DNA of 63,058 nucleotides, counting the filler, from Octopus bimaculoides (taxonomy: Eukaryota): assembly GCF_001194135.2 (NCBI RefSeq). It is 5 parts of 5 records of this genome, joined end to end, with 100 filler letters (N's around TTAATTAATTAA, not from the genome) between each part and the next. Parts side by side here need not be neighbours in the genome. Positions count along the whole stretch, not along the records: positions 19,185 to 40,411 come from NC_068985.1; positions 40,512 to 53,024 come from NC_068987.1; 3 more parts are not named here. One strand, given 5' to 3'. Position numbers and translations under genes: made by a program. Below the pieces are notes generated by a model that had not been told where the DNA came from, ran no database searches, and worked only from the letters and a program-made list of their open reading frames with translations. Below are positions 39,536 through 52,898 of this stretch, one piece after another. Within the stretch, counting starts at the first letter, position 1; each line of letters begins with the position of its first letter.

Positions 39536-39855
39536 CAGTGGTTTGAGTGTCAAGCTCAATCATGAGGTTGTGAGTTCGATTCCTGGACCGGGCTGTGTGT
39601 TGCGTTCTTGCATAAGACACTTTATTTCACGCTGCTCCAGTTCACTCAGCTGCAGAAATGAGTTGCGACGTCACTGGTTCCAAGCTGTATTGGCCTTTGC
39701 CTTTCCGTTGGATAACATTGGTGGCATGGAGGGGGGAGGCTGGTATGCATGGGCGACTGCTGGTCTCTCATAAACAACTTTGCCCGGACTTGTGCCTTGG
39801 AGATTAACTTTCTAGGAGCAATCTCATGGTCATTCATGACTGAAAGGGGTCTTTA
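39536..39855 (+). mobile_element. tRNA-derived SINE with CORE-like domain
   Basis: B-box GAGTTCGATTCC; AAGACACTTTATTTCACGCTGCTCCAGTTCACTCAGCTG core also seen reversed at 41640-41840. Confidence 0.75.
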
Positions 39856-40109
39856 TTCTTTTACATTTGACAGAAAAATTTGAATGTCGAAGGGTAAGAG
39901 GTTCTCTTAAATTAGATGATGTTTATTTCTCTATCATTATTGATGCAGTCAATAATTGCATTAGACTAATTAAATATTTTTGTATCTGAACTTAAAGCAT
40001 TTAAGAGTAAAAAATTCTCTTTCTCTTCATATGTGGTTTGAATCAAAATTAAATAAATGGAAATAATTAAAGTTTAATGACCAGTATATTCTTGTCTTTA
40101 AATTAAGTT

Positions 40110-40196
40110 AGTACGATGGCCGAGTGGTTAAGGCGTTGGACTTAAGTTCGAATGGACGAGCGAGTGTCCACGTGGGGTTGAACACCACTCGTGCTA
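40110..40196 (+). pseudogene. tRNA-Leu(TAA) pseudogene
   Basis: Acceptor AGTACGA/TCGTGCT, D-arm GCC GAGTGGTTAA GGC, anticodon loop CT-TAA-GT, long variable arm. The T-loop is mutated (GTTGAAC) and the anticodon and T stems have mismatches; TTTTT at 40204-40208. Confidence 0.85.
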
Positions 40197-40208
40197 AAGA
40201 CACTTTTT

Positions 40209-40372
40209 AGACGCAGGAGTGGCTGTGTGGTAAGTAGCTTGCTTACCAACCACATGGTTCCGGGTTCAGTCCCACTGCGTGGTACCTTGGGCAAGTTTCT
40301 TCTACTATAGCCTCGGGCCGACCAAAGCCTTGTGAGTGGATTTGGTAGACGGAAACTGAAAGAAGCCCGTCA
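40209..40372 (+). mobile_element. SINE family A head, young copy
   Basis: Cleanest copy: GCAGGAGTGGCTGTGTGGTAAG...GGGTTCAGTCCCACTGCG...GGAAACTGAAAGAAGCCCGTC; runs into (TA)n and a gap. Confidence 0.9.
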
Positions 40373-40374
40373 TA

Positions 40375-40411
<37 letters not shown>

Positions 40412-41157
40412 NNNNNNNNNNNNNNNNNNNNNNNNNNNNNNNNNNNNNNNNNNNNTTAATTAATTAANNNNNNNNNNNNNNNNNNNNNNNNNNNNNNNNN
40501 NNNNNNNNNNNAATGATATTATGTTACAATATATAATACAAACATCAACGTATTACATGACAAAGCCATCATAATATATTACCTAAATAATATAGATATA
40601 TGTTTGTATCTTTTCTTGTCAGTTTGTATGGCTGTGTCTGTGTTACGCTTTCCCCCTCCACCTCATCCTCCACTCTCTTCATACACACACTCACACCCAA
40701 ATGTACATACACACACATACACATGCACGCACACACATACAGACATAGGTACGTTCTTGTGCTACAAAATCTTAACTGTCATTCCAAGTTCATTCCGGAT
40801 ATGTGTAAGGACGTATGTATATAAATTTATGAGTTTTCAGAGTAATTCTCTTACGCATAGACTGGTATAAACACATTTAATCACACGCACACATGCTCAT
40901 TCTCAAACGCATACATATATATACATATATATACATTATGTAAAATTACAATGCTGTAGTTTTTCGTGAAATAAAAACGAGCTTGTCACGAGAGTACTCT
41001 AATTTGCAACAACCAAACCAAAATAAACGCATTTAAATATGTATGTTGTCATACATACAATAGGAAACAACACAATCTTTATTGGTAAACATAAAAAAAA
41101 AGAAAATCAAAATGGCTTCAAGGATTAAATAAAATATTCCGTCTGTTTACTGCACTC

Positions 41158-41447
41158 GTCACGTGGCTGTGGCGGTGTGGTAAAAAGCTTGCTTCCCAAC
41201 CACATGGTTACGGTTTCAATTCCACTGTATCGCACTTTGGGCAAGTACCTTTTATTATAACCTACGGCTGACTAAAGCCTTGTTAGTGGATTTGGTAGAC
41301 GGAAACTGAAAGAATCCTGTCTTGTATAAACATATATGTATATATATATGTGTGTGTGTGTGTGTTTTTCGTTGTGTTTTTATCCCCTATCAACGCTTGA
41401 CAGTCGGTGTTGGTGTATTTGCGTCCCCACAACTTAGCGGTTCGGCA
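41158..41447 (+). mobile_element. SINE family A, 3' truncated
   Basis: Head, internal (TG)n and ACAACTTAGCGGTTCGGCA. Confidence 0.82.
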
Positions 41448-41639
41448 TGTTAGTTATTTCGTGTTACACATACACAGCTGTTTCTTTTCCATATATATAT
41501 ATAAACAAAAGAATTTCTTCTCGAGTGTGATGAATACTTCAATAACGATATTTAATTGTGTGAATCGTAAATATAAATAATATTATTCCATGACTCTGCG
41601 AACTGATGAAGTTAGAACGTAACAGTTATAAGTGAATGA

Positions 41640-41840
41640 CAGAATGACCCGTTCCGTGAATGGGACGCTGGTCTGTTGCAGAGTGAACGTCCCAGCTAAT
41701 GCTTGAGCCCATTTTCAGCTGAGAGAACTGGAGCAACGGGAAATGAAGTGTTTTGCTCAAGAAACACATCAGTCCGATTTGAGAATCGAAATCATTACCA
41801 CGCAGTAGCAAGCACAACACCCTAAACCAATAGGCCACAC
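41640..41840 (-). mobile_element. CORE-like SINE
   Basis: CCCATTTTCAGCTGAG...CTGGAGCAAC...GTGTTTTGCTCAAGAACAC. Confidence 0.7.
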
Positions 41841-42031
41841 ACAGCACTGGGATTATTAGACGTAGGCATATTGTGTTAGATAAAACAGAACAACAAAATG
41901 CTATGGAATGTCTTTTAGCATAGGATTGATCGATCAGAACCGAACAAGTTCTCAGTGAAAGCAACAGCCAAAATAATGACTACTACGACCACAAACATCG
42001 CCACCAACACTACTACTACTACTAGTACTGT

Positions 42032-42074
<43 letters not shown>

Positions 42075-42419
42075 GGTACATACGAATTAAAATGTTTCGT
42101 GTGTGATCGTCGTTTTGAAATAGAGCGGAGGTTTTAACCATGTGAGATTTACAGTTAATCTAAAACTGATGCTACGAAAATTATATCTTTTTATCTCTTG
42201 ATGTTAAGAGGTATGGAATTTATGATACAATCAATAATCTGTTGCTGTGATATTATGACTAAGGATGTAACAACCATGTTGATATAATAACAAATTACGA
42301 GCTACCTTTAATCTCTTGTTGTCTTACAGTTACCAGGTTATCATATAATGATAATAAAAAACAATATTAATAATTGCCTGATACAATTTAATTTTAGCGT
42401 TTTTTTTGGCAACTACGGG

Positions 42420-42860
42420 AAGGTAACAAATTCAACGCAGCGATCCACCAGAAGCGTCTAGTACTTTCTAATCGTAAGAGCATTGCCTTTCATCACTGAC
42501 CGCACACTTCTTTGCAGATATGACAAAAGTTATTGGGTCCTGGCTGGGAAGTTTTATCCCACAGTCTACATTTGCCCGATTTTACACCTTCAAGTTTCTA
42601 CCTGTTTCAGGCTCTTCAAAATTAATTGAATAGACAGAGCTTCAAGTCGGATGAGGATGTAAAAATTCACCTGGAAGCGATTTTCGCCAGTAAAGACAGG
42701 AAATGTTTTGAGCAGGAAGTAAAGCACCTGTCCACAAGATGGCCGAAGATACTGAAACGAAACGGTGATTATATAATTTATTGTATAAATCACTTTGTGT
42801 ATAAAACTTGTCTTGTTTTCACTATATAAAAACTAAACGGATGTTTGGTTAAACCCAATA
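42420..42860 (+). mobile_element. mariner transposase C-terminal fragment with 3' TIR
   Basis: GWEVLSH...PDFTPSSFYLFQALQN...FKSDEDVK...RWPKILKRNGDYII*, ending AAACCCAA|TA. Confidence 0.88.
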
Positions 42861-43715
42861 TGTGTGTGTGTGTTACTATGCATTCATGTATGTATATATA
42901 CATAAACATTTAAATGTATGTGTATGTGTGTATGTATGTATGAATGTATGTTATAAATGCATGTACGTATGTTAAAGAGAATATTTAATAACTGTTAACA
43001 CAGCCAAGAAAGCGGGAGGAAAACGAAAAACCCAGCAATCTCATACTCTTAAATTCCATTAGGATATTTCAAACGGATCGCTCTAGGTGAAGGGGCATCT
43101 TCCTGAAATTCTCTGTTTTTCTTTCTTTCTTTCTTTTTCTTTTAATATTCAATCAGTTCCTTTAGCTTCGCTTGTTGTTTTTCTTCTTTTTCTTTCATTC
43201 GTTTTCCAATAAACTCCCTTTTCGTTTGTGTATTTCTTTCTCATTTCTCTCTTTTTCTTTTCCTTATCTGTCGCCCCCCCCCATTTTCGTAACTTTTTAT
43301 ATCTTGTTATTTTCATTTCATTCAGTTAATTGTTTCCCCCCCTTAACCCCCCCACCTACAGGCACCAATGTTTTTACGCGCTCCCGACTTTGGTAATTTT
43401 TTTCCCTCTGTTTCTCTGTCACTCGCAATATTCACAAACTCCAAACAAACACAGAAGCACAAACCCAGTCACAAACACACATCTTTCTTTTTCTATTTCT
43501 CTGACTTTATTTTTTATTAATCTGTCAATGATCTCCTGAACCTATTCATACAATGTCATCGTCACAGATTCATAACCATTCCCAGACAACCAGTCAATAT
43601 TTTCTGGCCAAATCCGAAGACAAGTTATTTATAGGAAATTTATGTTGGAAATATATTAAAAAACCAACCTTGTCTTGTCCTAGAGAATAGACTGCCATAA
43701 AATATATATGTACTA

Positions 43716-43912
43716 AGGCGCCGAGGGGTAGAATCTTAAGCATATTGGGCAAAATGCATAGCGGCATTTCTTCTGACTTATTACGTCCCTGGCCCAAATC
43801 CAGGCGAGGTCCACCTTGCCTTTCATTCTTTCGAGCTCAATAAAATAATTACCAATCGAGTCCTGGAGTCGATGTAATCGACTAGCACCCCACTCCACAA
43901 AATCTTCAGGTG
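43716..43912 (+). mobile_element. SINE family B, diverged
   Basis: AAATGCATAGCGGCATTTC...CAAATCC.GGCGAGGTCCACCTTGCCTTTCAT...GGAGTCGATGTAATCGACT. Confidence 0.75.
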
Positions 43913-44454
43913 TCGAGGAATGATCCCTAATTAAAGATATAAGAAGGGAGTGCCTTCTTTCTTGGGAACCGTGTAAGGAAATAATTGTGAAAGAATGGAA
44001 AGGAAGGGGTGAGTGTCATAAGAGAGACAAATGTGAAGGTAGTGGATGAAGTATAAAAACCCCCACCGGTGTCCACATTTGTTTTTATCTTGGGTAAATG
44101 TCGGACAGCTAACACGGTAAAATTAATTTACAAATTAAATGAATAAATTCGATTCGTAACTGAGTCATAGTATCCTGGAGGTCTGGTTCTTCATAATTAA
44201 GTCATAAATATATATTTAGGTGTTAATGGAGTTATATTAATGTTTAATGACTATTCATATTAGAAAAATAAGTAGCGATGCCGTAAACTTAAAAAAAGCT
44301 AAAGAAGTCGATTTCACTAAGCATAAATATTATATAAGCTGTCAAAATATATTTTGAGTTTAGAATATTTAAAAAATACTGTTAATTTAATTTTGGAAAT
44401 GATTGACAGAGTGAAACTAACGTTAGAAATGTTCAAAAGATCCTTATTCTTTTA

Positions 44455-44867
44455 TTCGCTTATTCTTTTAGTCTTTTATTTGGTTCAGTCAATTGACAGC
44501 AGCCATGCTGGAGCACCGCCTTTAGTCGAGCAAATCGACCCCAAGACTTATTCTTTGTAAGCCCAGTACTTATTCTATCGGTATTTATTGCCGAACCGCT
44601 AAGTTAAAGGGGGACGTAAACACACCGGCATCGGTTGTGAAGCGACGGTGGGGGGACAAACACAGACACACAGACACACACACAGACACAGACACAGACA
44701 CATATGACAAGCTTCTTTCAGTTTCCATCTACCAAATCCACTCACAAGGCTTTGGTCGGCCTGAAGCTATAGTAGAAGACACTAACCCAAGGTGCCACAC
44801 AGTGGGACTGAACCCGGAACAATGTGGCTGGTAAGTAAGCTTCTTACCACACAGCCACTCCGGCGCC
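44455..44867 (-). mobile_element. SINE family A, complete copy
   Basis: All modules present: tail, central CCGAACCGCTAAG, internal (CA) tract, head CACAGCCACTCCGGCGCC. Confidence 0.9.
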
Positions 44868-45047
44868 TGTAGTTAGTATAAATACCAAATTTAAAATAAA
44901 TTCTAGGACCGATTTATTCAAGGCGATGTCAGAGCTTGGCTTCAGTCCAATCACAAAAACAAAAACAAACATAAAAAACCCGAATACGCGCGCGCGCGCA
45001 CACATGTATTTATGTTTATGTATAACGTATGTATGTGTATGTGTGTG

Positions 45048-45300
45048 TGAGGACGTGCGACCCTGTGGTTAGTGCGTTGCATTCATGAACGCGAGATCCT
45101 AATTTCAATTCCCGGAGACAGTACGGTGCGTAGCGTTCAGGATCCAAGGCACTTCATTTTAAGCTCTTGTACGATCACTTCGACGTCTGACGTGTAACAC
45201 ACCATGTACCTGTACTGGCAACATCGATTTGCTGGAAAAAGAGAGTTAATGTACGGCATAAACATTTGATCCTTATAAACAAATCATCGATACAAGTGTG
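45048..45300 (+). mobile_element. SINE family C
   Basis: Tail shared with 3229-3475. Confidence 0.7.
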
Positions 45301-45814
45301 CAAGCGTTTTTCGTTGTTCAATTTCTCAAGCGCACGTGTTACGAGCCATTATTTCATGTGACATGAAAAATTGTTGATCATTTGTAAAGCGGGAAAAATG
45401 CATATATTTGGAGCCTCAACACAGATTGATGCAGTTATTGCAAGACACTGAGGAGGTAATTTGCTTGATTCCATAATGTTTCTACTGCAGTTATGTAATT
45501 ATTTCGGCATTTTGCCGAAACGCGTGTATGTCCGGTAAAGCTTTGAAAACCGTACCTGTTTTCTGAGTAGTATTTTTTTCTATTATTTGTATGGTATTCC
45601 GTTCTCTGGCCAAATCGGATTCCGATGTCCCACGGCATACTGTACTGGAATGGAATGTGGAACTCACTACTTAGCCCCACTTCGGTTGCGTATCGCACTT
45701 CAATAATAACCCCCCCCCCCACAAACATATATAGAATAGTATCTTGGTTTTCGAACAACTCTGATCACGAATAGATCGTACTTTATATATATATTGGTAT
45801 AGATATATATAAAG

Positions 45815-45861
45815 CAAAATTTATTCGTGATCAGTGACGTTCGTAAACCGTGGTACTACTG
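45815..45861 (-). mobile_element. pogo/Tigger-like terminal fragment
   Basis: Reverse strand CAGTAGTACCACGGTTTACGAAC flanked by TA. Confidence 0.55.
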
Positions 45862-46193
45862 TATATGTATATATACATACATATGTATATATGTATATAT
45901 ATATATATATATACATATATATATGTATATACACACATATACATATATATACATGTATATATATGTATATATATATGTATATATATGTATATATATACAC
46001 ATATACATATATATGTATATATGTATTTATTATGTGTATACATATATNNNNNNNNNNTATATATGTATATATGTATTTATTATGTGTATACATATATATA
46101 TAGATACATACATATATATATATATGTATATATATATATATTTATACACATACATGTGTATGTGTATGTGTGTGTAAATACTTATGTATTCCG

Positions 46194-46227
<34 letters not shown>

Positions 46228-47071
46228 TACCTGCTCTCTCAAATTCCCTTACATTTATTAACATTGAACCATAGAGTCATATCTAAATCTCATACACGCT
46301 TGGTGAGAACACTCATTCAGTTTGCTGCCGGCGAATCGAGTGTGCATCATCATTTCCGTACACAGAGACAATGCACATATATATAAAAAAAATCTTCCCT
46401 TGAGCACATACAAATTATCATTTACAAACGGAACTTGCAAGGAAAGCATTGATTTCTATAATAACGTTAGAATTTTAGTGTCCAATTTAGGTGTACAAAT
46501 ATTTCTCTGCTTCTGAATATTTCCTTTATCAAAGTGAAATCCCACGCAATTTATCGATAACTGACTTTCTCGAAATTGTTAATAAATAAACAAAAAAAAA
46601 TATAATAAAACAGTGTCTCTTTCTCAGTGACAATATAAATCGATAGAGATCAGGTATCGCTGATATCATTGTATAAAAAACTATTTCCCAACTGCGCTGG
46701 CAGAGTTGTGTTGTAAAGTTTGCTTCGGAACCAAGTTTTTGCTGGTGTGATGTGATGTGAATGCATCGTTGCAGGAACAAATATTGCCTTTTGGTTAACT
46801 AAACACTGAGTAGAATTTGGTAAATCAAAACTGTGCGGAAACGCATGCAAACGTAAATATGTAAGCAAGCATGCATACAAACAAACAAACAAACAAACAA
46901 ACAAACAAACAAACAATTCGTTTCTTTTTAACGGTTGAATTCAAAGAAGAAAAGCTATAAAAAGTGGGTCCAAATTTTGGCACAACGCCAGCAAGTTTGG
47001 GGTAGGGGTGAAGTCGGTTACAGTGACCCTAGTGGTCATCTGGCACTTATATATATATATATACATACACA

Positions 47072-47263
47072 CAGTAATCCCTCGTCATATCGCGGTTCAC
47101 CTATCGTGGTTTACTATTTAAGCTTACATCGATTCCTCCATGGTGGTCTTTTGCATTTATAATAAAATAAATATATACAAATTATCAAAATAATAAAAAA
47201 CATATACACAGTACAGTACTGTTTCTACTTCACGGATTTTCACCCATCGCCGAGGGATTACTG
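47072..47263 (+). mobile_element. pogo/Tigger-like MITE
   Basis: Perfect 13-bp TIR CAGTAATCCCTCG / CGAGGGATTACTG; body matches 31617-31840. Confidence 0.85.
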
Positions 47264-47272
47264 TATGTATAT

Positions 47273-47319
<47 letters not shown>

Positions 47320-47977
47320 CATACATACATACATACATACACACACGCACACACACATATATATATATANNNNNNNNNNTATGTATGTATGTATGTATGT
47401 ATGTATGCATATATGATGTCTATGCGCATGTGCATATTTACGCGCCTGTTGTATGTTATGACTTTCACCGATGTGTATCGATGAGGAATGAATAAGACAA
47501 TCGAATGTTCGCTGCTTTAGGAATGAAGAGATTTCTCCGCCGAATTACAGAAAAAAGCTCCTGTCTCTCTTACCGTCAGAAACAAACCAGTGGTTGTTTC
47601 ATCGAAATCATGTGACTTATGACGTTGTATATTGCTTCAAAATGGCAATGGTCAAGTCTTAGCTGACAATCATAGAATAATACAAATACTTTTGTGCAAA
47701 AACCAAACTGAAGATGTGTATAGGCTCTTGGCAAAGATATTCCGAAAAATAGAGCTGTATTCTAATGATCTCAAATAAATTTGAGGAAGAACTATATCGC
47801 CGCCGCCCAATAAATGAAATGATAAATAAGTTGAATGTATTGATTTCAAATGTTGGCATATGGCCAGCAAGTTTGGTGGGAGGGTTAAAGTCGAGTACAT
47901 CCATCCGGTGTTCCACTGGTATTTATTTAATTGACTCAGAAAGGATGGAAGGCAAAGTCAACCGAGGGCGACACAGT

Positions 47978-48110
47978 TTCCATTTACCAGATTCATTCAT
48001 AAGAGATTGGTCAACCTGAAGCTATAGTTGAAGAAACACACCCAGGTGCCGCGCAGTGGAACTAATCCCGAGACCATGTAATTGTTAATCGAACTTCTTA
48101 ACCACGCGGT
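47978..48110 (-). mobile_element. SINE family A head
   Basis: GGTCAACCTGAAGCTATAGTTGAAGA...CCCAGGTGCCGCGCAGTGG...CTTCTTAACCAC. Confidence 0.75.
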
Positions 48111-48461
48111 CGAGTAGAGAATTCTTTTAAAAATCATTTTCCAAGAATCAAAAAAAAAAAAAAATGTACGACTANNNNNNNNNNAAAAAAATGTACGACT
48201 AAAATTTTACTTAACGCTCTAGATTTTATTCTTTATGCACTTTTATGAAATGCTATTTGAATTCTCTTCTGAATTGGTCAGATTTTAAAAAATTGTGAAT
48301 AAATCAAAATTCCTGTCCGAAATGAAGATTGCCAGTATCTTTGTACATCAATGTATCTAAAACAGAGTGAATTAATGTGGTTATGGTTTGGTATGCTATG
48401 ACCCAAGGGAACCCGAGTATCCAGTATATTAATGCACAAAGTCACTGAGAAGGTGCGTGCC

Positions 48462-48870
48462 TTAGTGGTTATGGTGAGCCGGCAGAATTTTTAGCACGCC
48501 GGACAAAATGCTTAGCGGCATATCGTCTGCCTTTCTGTTGTGAGTTCAAATTCCGACGATCAAACAGCTACCCACCAAATACCAGGGTCAATGTAATCGA
48601 CTCCCGCCTCCTCCCAAAGTTCAGGCCTTGTGCCTATAGTAGAAAGGATTATTATACCTGTGTTGGTAAGGCTGCGAGCTGGAAGAATCCTTAGCACGCC
48701 GAGCAGAACGCTTAGCGGCATTTCGTCCGGCTTTATGTTCTGCGTTCAAATTCTGCCGAGGTTCACTTTGTCTTTCATCCATTCGTGGTCAATAAAACAA
48801 GTGCCTATCAAGTTCTCCCTCCCCTGAAAAACTGCTGGCTCTGTATCAGAATTGGAAATCATTATTTACT
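48462..48870 (+). mobile_element. Two tandem SINE family B copies
   Basis: Heads GAGCCGGCAGAA...TTAGCACGCCG...GCTTAGCGGCAT at ~48475 and ~48675. Further fragments at 46968-47048 (-), 47862-47965 (-) and 49305-49438 (+). Confidence 0.82.
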
Positions 48871-49649
48871 TTCATCTCGGGTACTCCTCGTTTAGAAAAA
48901 AAGTATTTTCAACTAAATACTTGAGTGTTGAAAAAGCCTACCAAGACCTGTAAACAAAACAGTTTTAGAATTGAAAATAGAACATATGAATACAATTCAA
49001 ATACATACAAAGAAAATTTCAAGTACATATACATATCTAAGCACATACAAAACGTTATAAGGTGGACTCTTAGAGAGTATGTTAGTTTTAAAATGGTTCA
49101 TTATGTATTAAGCTTTTTAAACTGGACAATTGAACATTTCAAGAAAATATCTAATGATTTGTTGAGGAGGCAAAATGGGTTATATTTCGTATTTATCAAG
49201 TATGGTGTATTGATTGAAATAGCATAAGTAGGTAACAGTTATTGAAAATTATAGTTCGAGTTGTTATGAATTACTTATATAAGTGAAAGAATAGAATATG
49301 TATGCGTGTATGGCTGAGTGGTTAAGAAACTCGCTCTGCCTCTATGTTATGAATTCAAATTCCGCCGATCAAACAGGTACCCACCAAACACCAGGGTCGA
49401 TGTAATCGACTCCCCCCTCATCCCAAAGTTCAGCCCTTCACGTAAACAATGATTGTACACTAGGTTGATAGTAAAATTTGAGGCTGTGAGGTGAGTAGTG
49501 GTGGTCACCATCGGCAACAATTAACCAACAGCAGTGTGTTGGGATTCTGAAGGGTGCGGATGGGTGTAAGATCCAGATTCCTTGTTTTTCTTCTGGAAGG
49601 GAGAATGAAATGAAGAGAGAGAGAGAGAGAGAGAGAGAGNNNNNNNNNN

Positions 49650-49703
<54 letters not shown>

Positions 49704-50291
49704 AATAAGTAGAAGATAAAGAGTGAGAGGTAGGAAGAAAAACAAGAACGAGAGAAAGAGTTTGTCGCCTTGGTCGAATGTGTTCGTGACCAGTTTGCAA
49801 TTTGGTTTATTAACAATGAAGTAAAAAAATAAAAAATTTTAACCGAGAATCTCGTACGTTTTATAAATTCTCATGGTAAGAACACTAGCAGCAACATTTT
49901 TTTTCTTTGCACAATAAACGACACCTGACCTAAAATCTGAGTCGACATGTTGCGGCAATGCGATGCAGAAAACAGCCTGTTTTCCTCCAAAGTTTGTTTC
50001 GATATACAAATCAATAATATATGCAGTAACTTGGATCCCAAATATATCGATTAAAAGTTTTCATTCAGTCATCTTCGGAATGAACCAAGAAACGAACTCA
50101 CCAATAACTTTAAGGCAAATAACTAGATATAAGCCTGATGATGTTAATTGTCGGTCGCCTGATACATAGTACGTCTCTATTAAAATTTACAAAATGAAAC
50201 GAAGGATGTGATAAAGAGTTCAGTTGAGTACATAACTGTTTAAAATTAGGAGAAGAAAGAATCTTGTAGTGAAGATTGCTTGCGAACATAA

Positions 50292-50452
50292 CATGGTATC
50301 GATCCCTGTGTTTCACTGGTACTTAATTTATCGACCCCGAAAGGATGAAAAGCAAAGTTGTCCTTGGCGGAATTTGAACTCAGAACGTCTTGAAGACGGA
50401 GGAAATACCGCTAAGCATTTCTCCCGACGTGCTAACGACTCTGCCAGCTCGA
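50292..50452 (-). mobile_element. SINE family B
   Basis: CGACCCCGAAAGGATGAAAAGCAAAGTTG...GGCGGAATTTGAACTCAGAAC...CTAACGACTCTGCCAGCTCG. Confidence 0.85.
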
Positions 50453-52510
50453 GGAATCTAGGAATATAATGGTTCTTCTAAGATTGAACACGACAGGGCG
50501 ATATCTCAGATCTATGTAATTTTTTCAGGAATTCAAACTCATAGTAGCTTGATGCTCTTGCAAATTGGCTTGATGCTCTCGCTGCTTCTAAAACTGGCTA
50601 TTATCTATTATCTCAAAGTCTCTTCACAGTAAGACTAAAATTATTTAGAGACACACAATAAACGGACCGTTTAGGAAGGACATCTGTCTGATTTGACTGC
50701 GTTGTTTGAATTTCGTAATGGTTAGTAATATTACATATATCACATTACAGGAATATATTGACTACGATACTGATATCAACGTGATAATAGCGATTTGGTA
50801 TTCTCTTGGCTCGTAAAAAGAAAAAAAGACATTCAAGATAAAAAAGAAACGAACTAATTCATGCTATCTATGACATTAATAAGATGTATGGCATTATAGC
50901 CTCTGTTTGCAATTAAGACATGTGAACTATGCCAAGCTTTAAAAACTGTAGGTGGATAAGAACAGTGGTCTCTAGACGGGTTTCTTATCTATTCGACTAG
51001 CTGTCATTTTGATTAAATTACTAGTATAGATATCAAGGAGAAAAAAATGAGAGTGCACCAAGGTACAGAAATAAATCAACTAAAAGAAATACCAAAGTTT
51101 TAGACATTATTTCAAAATATAGAGCTGTGTATCATAGATAGACTTGACTTTATATTGACATTTATACGGATGCTGTAACACACAGGGGCCGGGTTTTACT
51201 GTTCTTGTTTCCTATATTTGTCTAGCTCGCTTTGTTTTTTTCTTTTCTTTTTTGTCTGCTTGTGTTTCTGTTTCCTCTACACTTTACTATAATCCTCTCT
51301 CTGAATGCGTACCTATAAGTATGTATCCATATGTATGTACGCTTTATGGGATACACAAAATCGGTACAAGATCGAACATTTATTATCTCGCAAGAGAAAA
51401 GAGGCTCCGTGTTCGTGCATTCGTACTATATTGGTGCTGCATCATTTCAGTTTTTTCTTCTTTTCATATAAATTTGTATTAATTCTTTGTACTACAGGTG
51501 CACACTTACCATTACTTACCTGTTGGCAATAATAATAATGAAATTATTGCCTATAGTGCACAGGTGCACCACAACTCATCAAAACTGTATGTACAATACA
51601 TAGAATTATATACAAAAGTGAGGAAGGTGAACAGTGTATGAGACATGATATATATGAATGTGTGCGTATGGAGGAGGGATATCAGGTGTAGCGTTGGCGA
51701 ATTTCAAGAAGCATGGAGGTTCTAAAGAAACAATTTGTTACACAATTTAATTTTTTTCTCTCTCTCCTTATATATATATATATATATATACATGTGTGTG
51801 TGTATATATATATATGTATACATATATATATATATGTATACATATATATNNNNNNNNNNNNNNNNNNNNNNNNNNNNNNNNNNNNNNNNNNNNNNNNNNN
51901 NNNNNNNNNNNNNNNNNNNNNNNNNNNNNNNNNNNNNNNNNNNNNNNNNNNNNNNNNNNNNNNNNNNNNNNNNNNNNNNNNNNNNNNNNNNNNNNNNNNN
52001 NNNNNNNNNNNNNNNNNNNNNNNNNNNNNNNNNNNNNNNNNNNNNNNNNNNNNNNNNNNNNNNNNNNNNNNNNNNNNNNNNNNNNNNNNNNNNNNNNNNN
52101 NNNNNNNNNNNNNNNNNNNNNNNNNNNNNNNNNNNNNNNNNNNNNNNNNNNNNNNNNNNNNNNNNNNNNNNNNNNNNNNNNNNNNNNNNNNNNNNNNNNN
52201 NNNNNNNNNNNNNNNNNNNNNNNNNNNNNNNNNNNNNNNNNNNNNNNNNNNNNNNNNNNNNNNNNNNNNNNNNNNNNNNNNNNNNTATATATACATATAT
52301 ACATAATACATACATACGTACATACACACACGCACACACATACGCATGCACACACACACACACTCACATACACATATCCGTGAGTTTATATGAGAGAATC
52401 TCTCAAAGCGTATTGCGCAGTATTCAGCGTTTTAATGATATGCCCTGGTTAAGTAGGATATAAAGATTGCCATTCGGTATTAATGCTAATTCTGTCTCTT
52501 ACACACACAC

Positions 52511-52549
<39 letters not shown>

Positions 52550-52846
52550 ATACGTGTTCGTGTGTGACCGTGTATAAATACATATTTTTACATATACCTA
52601 TGAATACATCAAACAAATGTCCTTATTTAGATGTGAAGTTAATTAAAACCAATAAAAAGGCTATGGTAGAGTTTAACAACACAACTGAAAAAGAAACTGT
52701 TTGCAAAGCTATTACTTAGCTGACGTGTTTTATCGTGTGATTCTAACATTTAATTAGAATTTATAGGTTTTTTTTCTGCGCATGTGCGAAATTTTACGAC
52801 TGTGAAATGGTGTGTATGCACTATTTAGCATCGCATGATTTCAAAA

Positions 52847-52892
<46 letters not shown>

Positions 52893-52898
52893 CCTACC

